Positions 25,711 through 36,266 of a DNA stretch of 64,000 nucleotides are shown here, one piece after another. The position numbers and the translations under genes were made by a program. Every line of letters begins with the position of its first letter. The stretch's first letter is position 1. The notes under the pieces are model-generated. The model was not told the DNA's origin. It did no database searches and was given only the letters and a program-made list of their open reading frames with translations. The stretch comes from Octopus sinensis (taxonomy: Eukaryota), in NCBI RefSeq assembly GCF_006345805.1, contig NC_043005.1, positions 65,782,001 to 65,846,000 on the forward strand. The letters are read 5' to 3'.

Positions 25711-26039
25711 TTTTAATATACAAAGGTAACAACAATGTGAGACATTGAATCAGTGCGCATACAAATGTAGTGCACTTTAACAAGTGTTAATATTTGACAT
25801 TAATAACTGGAAAACATTAAACAAAGCTACGATTGAAAAGTGTACTTCAGTTTTATTTATTAATCATAAATAAAATATATAATCAAATGAAAACTTACAT
25901 AATTTGCGAATGAATACTAACAAAATAAAGTTATTTGTTTACCTAGCAACAGGTACAGTCTGTTCTTGTTATATGTATTTTTGTATTATAACGGTTTTTA
26001 CTGAGTTATTTCCATGCATAATTTTACTTTATTGTTTAC

Positions 26040-26200
26040 AGTCCTGTCTGAAGGCGAGATAAATTCAGTTTTGTTAATTTACGCTTCGTTTCAAATTTAA
26101 GCTCGCTAAAAAATATTTGAAAATCGATCTCTCTAGCAACTTACCGGTGTTCGTTAAGCGAAATCTCTTTATTTTACCGTAAGAAGAGCAAGTATGCAAA
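26040..26200 (-). promoter_or_regulatory. MAPK15: Putative MAPK15 promoter or non-coding first exon
   Basis: Local CpG enrichment in AT-rich DNA; minus-strand GGTAAGT donor at about 26145 and TTTTCCAG acceptor at about 25807 upstream of the ATG exon. Confidence 0.4.
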
Positions 26201-27066
26201 TTTTTCTTTCTTTTTAGATAGTATCCAACACTCTGTTCAAGTTAAACATAATTATCACAAGTTTTCGAAATGAATTCTTCTTTTATCTTTTACTTTTTTG
26301 TATTTTTATTTATGAGTTGACGCTTCGATGATAATTTATTATTTATGAGTGAAATATATCAAGTTAGCATTGGAAACGTATGAATTAAATATGTTACTAC
26401 TTTGAAGTTTATGCATCAGGTGACACTTCTTAAGGGTAATTACCTGCGTCGCTTCGTTGAACTTTGGGACAGTGTTGTTATGTTTCTAAATTTTACTTGT
26501 TTCTGTCATTAGACTGCGGCCATACTGGGGCACCGCCTTGAAGAATTTTTCGCTGGTTTGGTTTATAGTCTCCTTTGATTTTACTACGGAATCTTGCATA
26601 CCATTATATAACATACGTTGTGTATTCACTCGTTGAAATAATACACGCCACAAATTATTGCCGAACGAATCAACCAGTACTTAGTTGTTTTTAAGTCTGG
26701 TACAGATAAGTTACAAGGACGTAAACACACCAACACCAGTTGTCAAATGGTGATGGGACACAAACACAGACACACATATGTGAGTATGTGTGCGTGTATG
26801 TATGTATGCATGTATACGACGGACTTCTTTCAGTTTCCATCTACCAAGTCCTCTCACAAACCTTTGGTCAGCCTGAGGCTTTAGTAGAGGGCACATGCAA
26901 GACGAGCCACGCAGTGGGACCGGACCCAGAATCATGTGGATGGGAAACAAACTTCTTACCACACAGCCACACCTGAACCTACTGTTTAATCAAGTTTAAC
27001 TTAGCTAGTGTAACTGTTCCATTTTTTATGGGATCCAATATATAGATTTTGAATAAAATTTTTAAT

Positions 27067-27919
27067 GGATCTTTACCTTTTGACCGACTGATTTAAAAAA
27101 TAATTTTTTGTAACTAAACACTTTCAAACTTCGTATACTTGTGGAATGTGTCACATAAAACATCTTTTACTCTTGGCTTTGTTGGGAAAATTCTGTATTT
27201 TGGAAGTTATTTTTTGTTAAAGTTGTCGTATTTCGGTAATTTCAACCAATCAATGATGTGTATTCAGCTGAATAAAATCTGAATAAAACAAAAACTATCG
27301 GCAGTGTATATTTCGTTTGTCACTGTTATTTATGACATCGTTCGTGCGTTTGTACTGGTTTTAGCTTTAAGGTTTTAGGGTTAGGGTTTTAGGGTTAAGG
27401 TTTTGGGGTTAGGGCTAGGGTTTTAGGGTTAGGGTTAGGATTTTAGAGTTTTGGGGTTAGGGTTTTAGAGTTAGGGCTAGGGTTTTAGGGTTAGGGTTAG
27501 GATTTTAGGGTTAGGGTTTTAGAGTTAGAGTTACAGAAAAAAATTTTAAATGAAGCACGAACGATTATGATGGTGCCATGAAGTAAACATGCTTCAGATA
27601 CACTTGTTTATTCATATAAAACGTAACTGAGATTAAATATTTCATAAATAACAGTGACAAACGAAATATACACTGCCAGAAGTTGTTGTTGACAAACAAC
27701 AGCAGTAATTTTATTCAGCTGAATACACGTCATTGATTGGTTGAAATTACCGAAATATGACAACTTTAACAAAAAATAACTTCCAAAATACAGAATTTTC
27801 TCAACAACTCCAAGAGTAAAAGATGTTTTATGTGACACATTCTACCAGTATACAAAATTTGAAAGTGTGTAGTTACAAAAAATTATTTTAAAAATCTTTT
27901 GGTCAAAAGGTAAAGATCC
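27067..27919. mobile_element. Foldback/MITE-like element with about 270-bp TIRs and an internal telomere-like array
   Basis: Termini GGATCTTTACCTTTTGACC and GGTCAAAAGGTAAAGATCC; arms at about 27067..27337 and 27643..27919 are reverse complements; TTAGGG/TTTTAGGG array at 27361..27532. Confidence 0.85.
27361..27532 (+). repeat. Interstitial telomere-like repeat, degenerate (TTAGGG/TTTTAGGG)n
   Basis: Read directly from the sequence. Confidence 0.95.
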
Positions 27920-28458
27920 TTTTTGATTAACATATGAAACAATTTCAAGTGTAACTAACAATAGGACCCAACCTGGCCAGGGAAGCTGCAAATACACATG
28001 TACGCATGCACACACACACACAGGGGTTTTAAAATCCAAGTTAAGAAAAACAGGCACTCATTATAAGGTAAAAGAGTGAGTATATTCATTAGCATTTAAT
28101 GTCCACTTTTCCATACTTCCATAGGATGGATTGGATGGAATTTGTTGAGATGGATTTTCTACAGCCAGATGCCTTTCCTATCTCTTTCCAAGTAAGATAA
28201 CATTTTCACCATGATCAGACATGTTTCTATGCAAGATTAGAAAAGAAAGATACTGCTTGCACGACAGAGACATTTATTTACAGCTATCATACGAAGTCAA
28301 GACAAGGAGAGATAACACACACACAAACATATACATGGTATACTTTTTTCAGTTTCCATCTACCAAATCCACTCAAAAGACTTTGGTTGGCTCAGGGCTT
28401 ACAGTAGAAGACAGCATACTGTTAGCTGAGAAATAAAGTAACTGAGGTAGTGAGGATG

Positions 28459-28884
28459 TGTAATAGGGTTGTAGCAGTACAAGCAGTCAGCACCATATTG
28501 GATGAGATCTCAAGGCAGCCATTGCCATCTCCGAGACTGGAGCGAGACCTCACCTGCATCCATTTGCCATGCACGAGATCACAACGAGGCTTGTGATGGG
28601 AAACTATATAAAGGGAAAACCCGATTCGAATCTCTCTCTTTATGGCACCGCCTTTCAGCAGTGCTGGCTGAACACCCCTACTGGCTGGACCTGTCTGTAG
28701 GTTGTATCTCCAGAGGCAATGCGCCTGCCTGCACTAACGGAGCTACTACACAATGCATACAGCTAAAGATGGTAGCTGAGAGCAGCACACTACACCTATC
28801 CTGTGAATCCTGTAAATAAACCAGTTGTAAATAGCATTTGTACTTGAAGTCTTCTCTCTTCGCCTGCCGGAAGCCTGAACTACT
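28459..28884 (+). mobile_element. Possible solo LTR
   Basis: GC-richer block starting TGTA, with TATATAAA at about 28605 followed by a pyrimidine run, AATAAA at about 28815, and ending GAACTACT; no clean TSD or PBS. Confidence 0.4.
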
Positions 28885-29199
28885 TAATGAACAAAAAGAT
28901 GATGGAAGGAGACGATATTCTTCCGATATCGTAAACCTTGCTTTCTATTATAGGGTAAAGATGAAACACGTTCCAGATAACTCAACAGAAACATTTATCT
29001 CGCTTTCATCCCATAGTCAAGGTTGACTGCATGACAAAAAGGGTCTCTTCTATGAGACTATACTTAGACTACATTAACAATAAAGGACATGAAGAGAGGG
29101 AAAGCTGTAGGTTCATCAGAAATAGCTGTAAGGAAGCTCAAAATATCTGACAAAGTAGGATACATAGTTACTGCCCAGATAGTTAATCCAAGTTATAGA

Positions 29200-30520
29200 T
29201 GAGGGTGTCATACCCAATAATTTAAATTGCAGTATCATTCTAAACAGTTACAAAGGCAAAAGAGCTGCTTTTGAGAGAAGAAATAACAGGAGGATCAAAC
29301 CACTGGATCAGGTTATTGAGGTCATTAGAGAATCATAGCACAATTGATCGACAACAGAGTAGACCTAGGTGAGATACTGTTTGGCTTCATTCCCAGAAGA
29401 GATACTATGTTGGCAATCTGCCTAGTGAGGCAGCAGCAGGAGAATAGACCACTATTCCTGGGATTTGTTGACTTGGAGGTGTTTGACAGGGTACCACATT
29501 CATTAATTGCTACTCACTAAGGAAACTAGATGCAGACAAATGGTTTATGATGGTTGTTCAAGCTATGTACAAAGATGCAGATAAGTAAAATCAGAGTCAA
29601 CAACAATTTCAGTGATGAATTTAATGTGATGGCAGGAGTCAAATAAGGCTCAATTTTCTGTCCTCTCTTATTCATCATAGTCCTACAAGCCATGAAAAAT
29701 AAGTTTAAGACTGGGAGTCTATGGACACTACTATATGCTGGTGACATAGTTCCCAACACAGAAGACAGGGTTCTTGTATCTTCAAGGAAATGGTTTCACT
29801 CATTATACAGAAAAGAAGAATATAAAATTCCTATATTGCAGCCATTGTAAGCTACAGACACACAAAATATAGGAAAGTGGTGGAATCGCAAGTAAACTAC
29901 AGAGACAGTAAGCTTTGTATGTGGCATGCACTAAAGCAATACTTACTGAGAACAGGCTGGAAATTGATTCTCTTAAATACCTGAATGGCTTGCTAAAAGT
30001 AGTTGATAGCTTTTGTTACCTAGGAGAAGTAAATAGGTGATTACTCTAAAAATATAGCAGGTAAAGTAAGAACAGGTTGGTAAAAAATTCAGGGAACTAC
30101 TACAGCTATGCTTTCACATATAGTGAAAAGTAGATTATATGACACTTCTATTAAAACTGCAATGATGCATAGTAATAAGACAGGGTCCTTGAATGTAGAA
30201 GACTGGAAAATAGTGAAACTAGAGTGCTACCGTATGTGCAACATAAGTGTGCATCAACAACTTAGTATAAAAGTGTTGAGTGAAAAACTGGGCATAAGAG
30301 AAATCAGATGTAGTGTGCAAAAGAAGACTGCTGGTAGAGACATGATGTATATGGATGGGAACAGCTGTATAAAGAAATGCTGATCAATTAATGTAGATGG
30401 AGCATGCAGAAGAACAATACCCAGGAAGACATGGAATGAAGTGGTGAAGGCTGATCTCAGGACCTTGAAAGTCATGGAGGAGATAACAAAAGACCAGGAT
30501 CACTTGCAAAAAGACCTGCT
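29200..30520 (+). mobile_element. Decayed RTE LINE RT/3' fragment
   Basis: FGFIP.R, GFVDLEVFDRVP, LYAGD (decayed LYADD), FCYLG and RTIPRKTWNEVVKADL remnants. Confidence 0.75.
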
Positions 30521-30802
30521 CGTCTCAGAAACTGTTGTTCTGGGAGCACAGTGTATATGTATATATATATATATATATAATAGAAATATTAAAATTACTA
30601 AGTCTCTATAAAAGAGATTACGGCAGCGTTTACTGGAAATTAATTGTTATCGCCATATTAGTATGGCATTCTTATAGATATAAGAATAATCGCTGCCGCT
30701 GGTCAGCTCCATGAGGCCACCGCCATCAAGATAGCTATTGATACACAATCTGTATCCATTATAACCTTCGAACAAGGGAGGTCAGCCGCTTCACACTGCC
30801 AG

Positions 30803-30860
30803 TCCGACAGCTACAGACACGTTTCGGGGTATTGCCCCTTGTCAATGTAGCGCAGTCAGA
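30803..30860 (-). ncRNA. Type I hammerhead ribozyme motif, U3-A8 core variant
   Basis: Minus strand reads GCUACA-UUGACAA-GGGG(CAAUA)CCCC-GAAAC-GU-GUC-UGUAGC: stem I GCUACA/UGUAGC, stem II 4 bp, GAAAC, minimal stem III and GUC cleavage triplet. Stem I is extended by UCUGAC/GUCGGA. Confidence 0.8.
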
Positions 30861-31270
30861 CCCGCAGGTGTCGCCACTGACGTCTCTGTTCGAAGGTTTC
30901 TATTTGTTACTTTTGACAATCTTTTTCCAAAGAGTGAAACCGGTAAAGTAAATAAACATCTTTTAAATTGCATTTTCAAACCTTCTTTCGTGTATATATA
31001 TATAAGATATCACTGATATTATTCCAAAAGAATAAAATGGTGTAAAACAATGTAATCTTCTCTTCAGGGAAGTGAAGAAATGAAACTCGTCAATAAGACA
31101 TTTTAACAGAAAATGATGGATATGTTTAGTGATTTACTGAACGCTATTAATATTGTTTGAAAAATCGTTATATGATATAACATCAGAAGTAGCCTATAGA
31201 AAGAGGAGGGATAAATTAAGGAAAAGTTAAATAAATGAGAAGTATATGACTATATGTATATTAAATAAAA

Positions 31271-31820
31271 CCTTATAAACTAGGAAAATATATATTCTTT
31301 TAGTGAATGCTAAATATAAAAAGAAAATTAATGTTTAAATTATATATAATGATAGAGATTACTTATATGAACTAAAGGTGTGTTTTTGCCAATGTTTACA
31401 TTGGTATGCACGTTCTATAACCATGTTTACTAGGTGATTTTTAGAAAAAAATAATGAAAAATAGTTCAGAATTACAGAGAAGACAGAATTCCTTGCCTTT
31501 GTCAAAAGGTATCGAGATTGAGAGAATCAACCATTCTAAAATAAATTGTTCATTGTGGTCTTTTAGATCCCAAATTAATTTACTGAGCCCTGTACTGTTA
31601 CGTGTATTCCTATCCCTAAATGTTGAGCAATATATATACTCAACATATAGAATTTTTAATTTTAGAGTTACTTGACATAAACTTAATTCTGTTGGAATTG
31701 ACTTCAGATACAATAACCTTGTTATTAATATTTCTAGAGGGATGGATAATATTTAAACATTAATTTTCTTTTTATATTTAACATTCACTAAAAAAATATA
31801 TATTTTCCTAGTTTATAAGG
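31271..31820. repeat. 70-bp inverted repeat pair (31271..31340 and 31751..31820)
   Basis: CCTTATAAACTAGGAAAATATATATT..AATGTTTAAAT against its reverse complement, 2 mismatches in 70. Confidence 0.95.
31359..31735 (-). pseudogene. Degenerate GIY-YIG endonuclease of a Penelope-like retroelement
   Basis: ORF 31441..31713 gives STFRDRNTRNSTGLSKLIWDLKDHN..LEWLIL..CLLCNSELFFII. Removing one T from the T7 run at 31445-31451 continues it as SKNHLVNMVIERAYQCKHWQK..* (stop at 31359). This matches the T.LS..IW.LK / C.LC..E / CxH layout of PLE endonucleases. Confidence 0.75.
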
Positions 31821-34815
31821 CTGCACCAGACTCCAATCTGATTTGGCATGGTTTTCTATGGCTGGATGCCCTTCCTAACATTAGCCATTCTGAGAGTGAA
31901 ACGGGTGCCTTTACAAGCCAGTGGAACAGGTGCCATTTGCATGACACCACGATGCATTTATGTGCCAATTTGCATGACACCAGTACCTGCCATGACTGCA
32001 ATTTTCCTTGGCTTAAAGGGACTTTTTCTCAAGCACAACATAAAGCCAAAGGTCTTGGTCAATGCTTCCGTTAGGCCCAACACTCAAAAGGGACTCAGCC
32101 ATTTTGCCTCCATCAGGCCCAACGCTTGAAAGGAACTCAGCCACTTGGCCTCCATGAGACCCAACACTCAGCTACCCTCCGTGAGACCCATCACTCAAGA
32201 GGAACTCAACCACTTTGCCTCCCTGAGGCCCAACATTCAAAAGATGTTCTTTACGTGCCACCAGCATGGGTTCACTTGGCTTGACAGGTCCTTTCAAGCA
32301 CAGGACATTGTCAAAAATCTCGGTCACCAGTCATTACCTCTCTGAGGCTCCAAGTTCGAAGATCATGCTTGACTACCTCATCCTATGTCTTCCTGGATTT
32401 ACCTCTACCACAGGTTCGCCTTCACAGTTAGAGACCAGCACTTTTTTACACAGCTGTCCTCATCCATACACATCACATAACCATACCAGTGCAGTCATCT
32501 CTCTTGCCTACCATATCTGTTTCCTTTTATGCCTAACTTTTCTTTCAAGATGCTTACACTCTGTCAAACATGCACATTGACATTGCACATCCAGCAAAGC
32601 ATACTAGCTTCATTTCTTTCAAGCCTATGCATGTCCTTGGCTGTCACAGCCTATGTTTCACTGCCATGCAGCATAGCTGTTCACACACACGCATCAAACA
32701 ATCTGCCTTTCACTCTGAAAGAGAGGCCCTTTGTTGCCTGCAGGGGTAGGAGCTTTCTGAACTTTGCCCAGCCTAATCTTATTCTCACAGCTACACTCTC
32801 AGAGCAACCACCTCCACTACTAACTTGGCCACCTAGATAACGGAAGCTATCCACTACCTCTAGCACCAATCTTTGGTGAATCCCTACCTGTACCCTGAAT
32901 TCTTCACTGTACTCATTGCTCAGCCTCACCTTATTGGTAGCATCCCTGTACAAGGCTTGTACAGCTCTCACCAACCACTCATCTATCCCTAGTTTCTGCA
33001 CTGACTACCAGATAAGGGATCAGGGGACCCTGTCAAAGGCTTTCTCCAAGTCAATAAAAGCCAAGTATAGGGGTTTATCTTCAGCTAGGTATTTCTCCTG
33101 CAGCTGCCTTACCAGAAATATAGCATCAGTGATGCTTCTACCTGGCACAAAACCAAATTGCATCTCATCTAGACTAACTGTCTCCCTAATAAGCTGGGCC
33201 ATGACCCACTTCATAACTTTCATCACCTGAACCAACAATTTGATACTTCTGTAATTATTTCTATCTAAGGCATCACCTTTCCCTTTGTAGCAGTTGACTA
33301 TGGTGCTGCTACACCAGTTATTGGGTATGACTCCTTCATGAACTACCTGATTTACAATATAGGTGACTAGACCATAACCTACACCACTAGATATTTTAAC
33401 CATCTCAGCCATAATTCCTTAGGGGCCAGGGGCTTTCCCTGCTTTCATATCCTTAATTGCTTTATCTACCAAGGTGCTGTCAACTCGGGTAGCTGGTCCC
33501 TCAATTGGGTCAACATTTGGCAGACTCTCCTCCTCCCATTCATTCTCTAGGTTTAACTGTCTTTCATAATGACATCTCCAAGTCTCTTTCTTTGCAGAAT
33601 CATTAAAAGTAAGTGCACCATCATCCATGTGGGCACATTACTCTCCAATAGCATCACAATTTTCTCTCACACACTGTCTTGCAATCCGAAATACTTCAGT
33701 CCTTTGGTCCTCGCGACACTGGACCACTCCTTCTGCAGAAAAGAAGGCGAACTTCTTTTCTGCTTCTCCTTTAGCTAGATTTACCTGTCTCCTAGATTCC
33801 TTTCCAGCTACCTGATATAGTTCCCTGCTGCCCCCACTCTTCCAGGCATGTTTCTTTACTCTAATGGCCCTGTCTACAGTATTGTTCCACCAGTACATTA
33901 CCCTAGGTCTGGAAGGGTCTTTGCATCAGCCAAAGATTTGATCTGTGACACTCAGCAAGCTGTCTCACAGGAATTCCCAGTTGCCCTCTATGTCACAAGT
34001 TTGTAGCTCCTCCTTACTCTCATCAAATTTCTCAATTAGGATATCCCTAAATGTCTGACCATATGAAGGGTCTTTAAGCTTCCAAATCCTTCTTTCCCAG
34101 ATTGGTCTGTTTCTTGGCATTCTTCCGGCCAGGAGTCTAAAGTTGCAAATGACTAGTCTATGCTGAGGGATACATTCTTCATCAGGGAGGGCCTTACATT
34201 CTTCACCAGGGAGGGTCTTTATATTTAAGAGCAACCACGCATCCCGCTGTCTGGTGAGAATGAAATCGATCTGGCGGGCAGAGTCACCTGATTGATAGGT
34301 TATCAGGTAGTTGGCTGGCTTCCTGAAGTTGGTATTGCAGACCAAAAGGTTATTTGCATCACAGAACTCTAGTAGGCTAGTTCCCTCTTCATTTCAGGAA
34401 CTAATTCCATGGCCCCCATGAACACCATGGAAGATACCAGGCTGCCGTCCAACATGCCCATTGAAATCCTCATCCATGAAGATTAGATAATTGCCACTCA
34501 TCTTTAAGATGGCCTGCAGAAGAATATCATAAAAGTGGTCCTTCCGTTCATTTGGTAGGCCTGCTTGTGGAGTGTAGGCAGATATAATTGAAGCTATACT
34601 ATTCTGCCAGACTAGCCTGATCTTAAGTACTTATCACACATTCTGACTACCTCTATGGCCTTATCCACCCATTTTTCTGCAAGAAGTATGCCCACACCAC
34701 CTACTACATCACTTTTACCATTCCAGAAGATTTTATACCTATGTGTCTTGCCTGTGAAGAACCTGGCTGAAGCTCCTCTCTGCCTTACCTCTTGGATGCA
34801 AAATACATCAACACA
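31821..34815 (-). mobile_element. RTE-clade LINE, degenerate ORF2 (APE endonuclease and RT) with an internal RT deletion and 3' UTR
   Basis: CIQE at about 34790, QIDFILT (ORF 33965..34345), WWN, QFGFVPGRS..LAFIDLEKAFDRVP (33020..33412) and FRYLG (32681..33001); many stops and frameshifts. Confidence 0.9.
32074..32240. repeat. 42-bp minisatellite in the LINE 3' UTR (about 4.5 copies)
   Basis: Units start at 32074, 32116, 32158, 32185 (short unit) and 32227: ggcccaacactcaaaagggactcagccattttgcctccatca. Confidence 0.85.
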
Positions 34816-34852
34816 CCTCCATTATATATACATATATATATATATATATATC

Positions 34853-35261
34853 AGCAGTGTATTTTTCATTTCTCACTGTTATTTATGACATTGTCCGTGT
34901 GTTTGTACTGGTTTTAGCTTTAAGGTTTTAGGGTTAGGCTTTTAGGGTTAGGGTGTTAGGGTTAGAGCTTTAGGATTAGGGTTGTCATAAATAACAGTGA
35001 CAAACAAAATATACACTGCCGGAAGTTGTTGTTGAGAAACAACAGCAGTAGTTTTATTCAGCTGAATACACATCACTGATTGGTTGAAATTACTGAAATA
35101 GGACAAATTTAACGTGAAATAACTTCATAAATATAAGTTTTTCTCAAAAATGCTTAGTGTAAAAGATGTTTTATATGACACATTCTGCCAGTATCCTAAG
35201 TTTGGAAGTGTTTAGTAACAAAAAAATATTTTTAAAATTGTCGGTCAAAGGTAAAGATCCA
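34853..35261. mobile_element. Second, left-truncated copy of the telomere-repeat foldback element
   Basis: Same inner left-arm end (cactgttatttatgaca), TTAGGG-like array at about 34913..34983, and a full right arm ending GGTAAAGATCC. Confidence 0.85.
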
Positions 35262-36191
35262 ACAAAAGACACCAGTTGCATGACAGTGCCAATGACATAT
35301 GTTTGTGTGTGTGCATGTTGTGCACATTTTTGTTTCCTTATCTTGACACAATGCAATATGTAAATGAGCACCACAATCACACAAGTGTTGTTGTTTGTCT
35401 CCAATCTGCCATGAAAATACATCCAGCCATAACGAAATATTACTTTTCTTGGAAACAGATGGAAGTTGGTGATAGGGAGGGTATCAAGTTATAGAAAAAT
35501 CTGCTTCAATAAATTCCGTTTGATCCATGCAAACATGAAAAAAGTGAACGTTAAACGACCACAACACCAATGATGATGATTATGATGATTTAATGAAAAC
35601 GAAAGAAGACAACAAATTCACGTTTTGACTGAAATTTTGTAATACACTACAAACCCTAACCCTTGTCCCAAGATAGTTCCCATTGGTTGTTAAGGGGGCA
35701 TATACAAATAACATAATCAAGAATGAATAAATCTGATTGGCTAAAATTAAAAGAAATAATTCAATCTTTGCAGAAGCATAACTTTTTTGTTTTCTTCAAA
35801 ATTGAATGTAATTTTTGTAACTGGCACGAAAAGTTACATCTGAGTAGAAATTTTCAATAATATTGAATGAGACATTTCAAACCGAAAAAATCCTATGTCC
35901 ATTGCTTCTAAAGAAACATTTTCTCTATTTTCTTTAATTTCAATTTATTTATTGGAGTTATCTACCTTACTAATTTTAACCTTTTCTTTGCCGAAGTGGC
36001 GGTCTCTGGATTTAAGTAGATAAATCAAAACAATTTGGTGAAATACAAAATTAGACTTGGGTATTTCGAGTAAGCGAAAGAAATATACACATGATTATGA
36101 GTCATTAAATCAATCAATGAAAATATACTAATGTTCCTTTTGGTTAAATACTTTCAAATTTATTTTTAAGATGTCTTAGGAATGTTTCCAG

Positions 36192-36194
<3 letters not shown>

Positions 36195-36235
<41 letters not shown>

Positions 36236-36266
36236 GTTATTGTTGTTGTTGTTATTGTTGTTGTTC
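36195..36266. repeat. (TTA)n grading into (TTG)n microsatellite
   Basis: Read directly from the sequence. Confidence 0.95.

Larger units (their letters stand above)
30590..31820 (-). mobile_element. 5'-truncated Penelope-like element: inverted 5' segment, EN remnant and structured 3' pLTR with hammerhead
   Basis: EN remnant and hammerhead are co-oriented and about 500 bp apart; 70-bp inverted repeat at 31271..31340 and 31751..31820. Confidence 0.65.

Noticed and set aside
27361-27532. True chromosome end
   Set aside because: The array is short, degenerate, internal to inverted arms and flanked by ordinary sequence on both sides.
32074-32240. CRISPR-like array (also the 129-bp array at 58.6 kb)
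   Set aside because: These are contiguous tandem units without unique spacers, with no cas genes, in a eukaryotic context.
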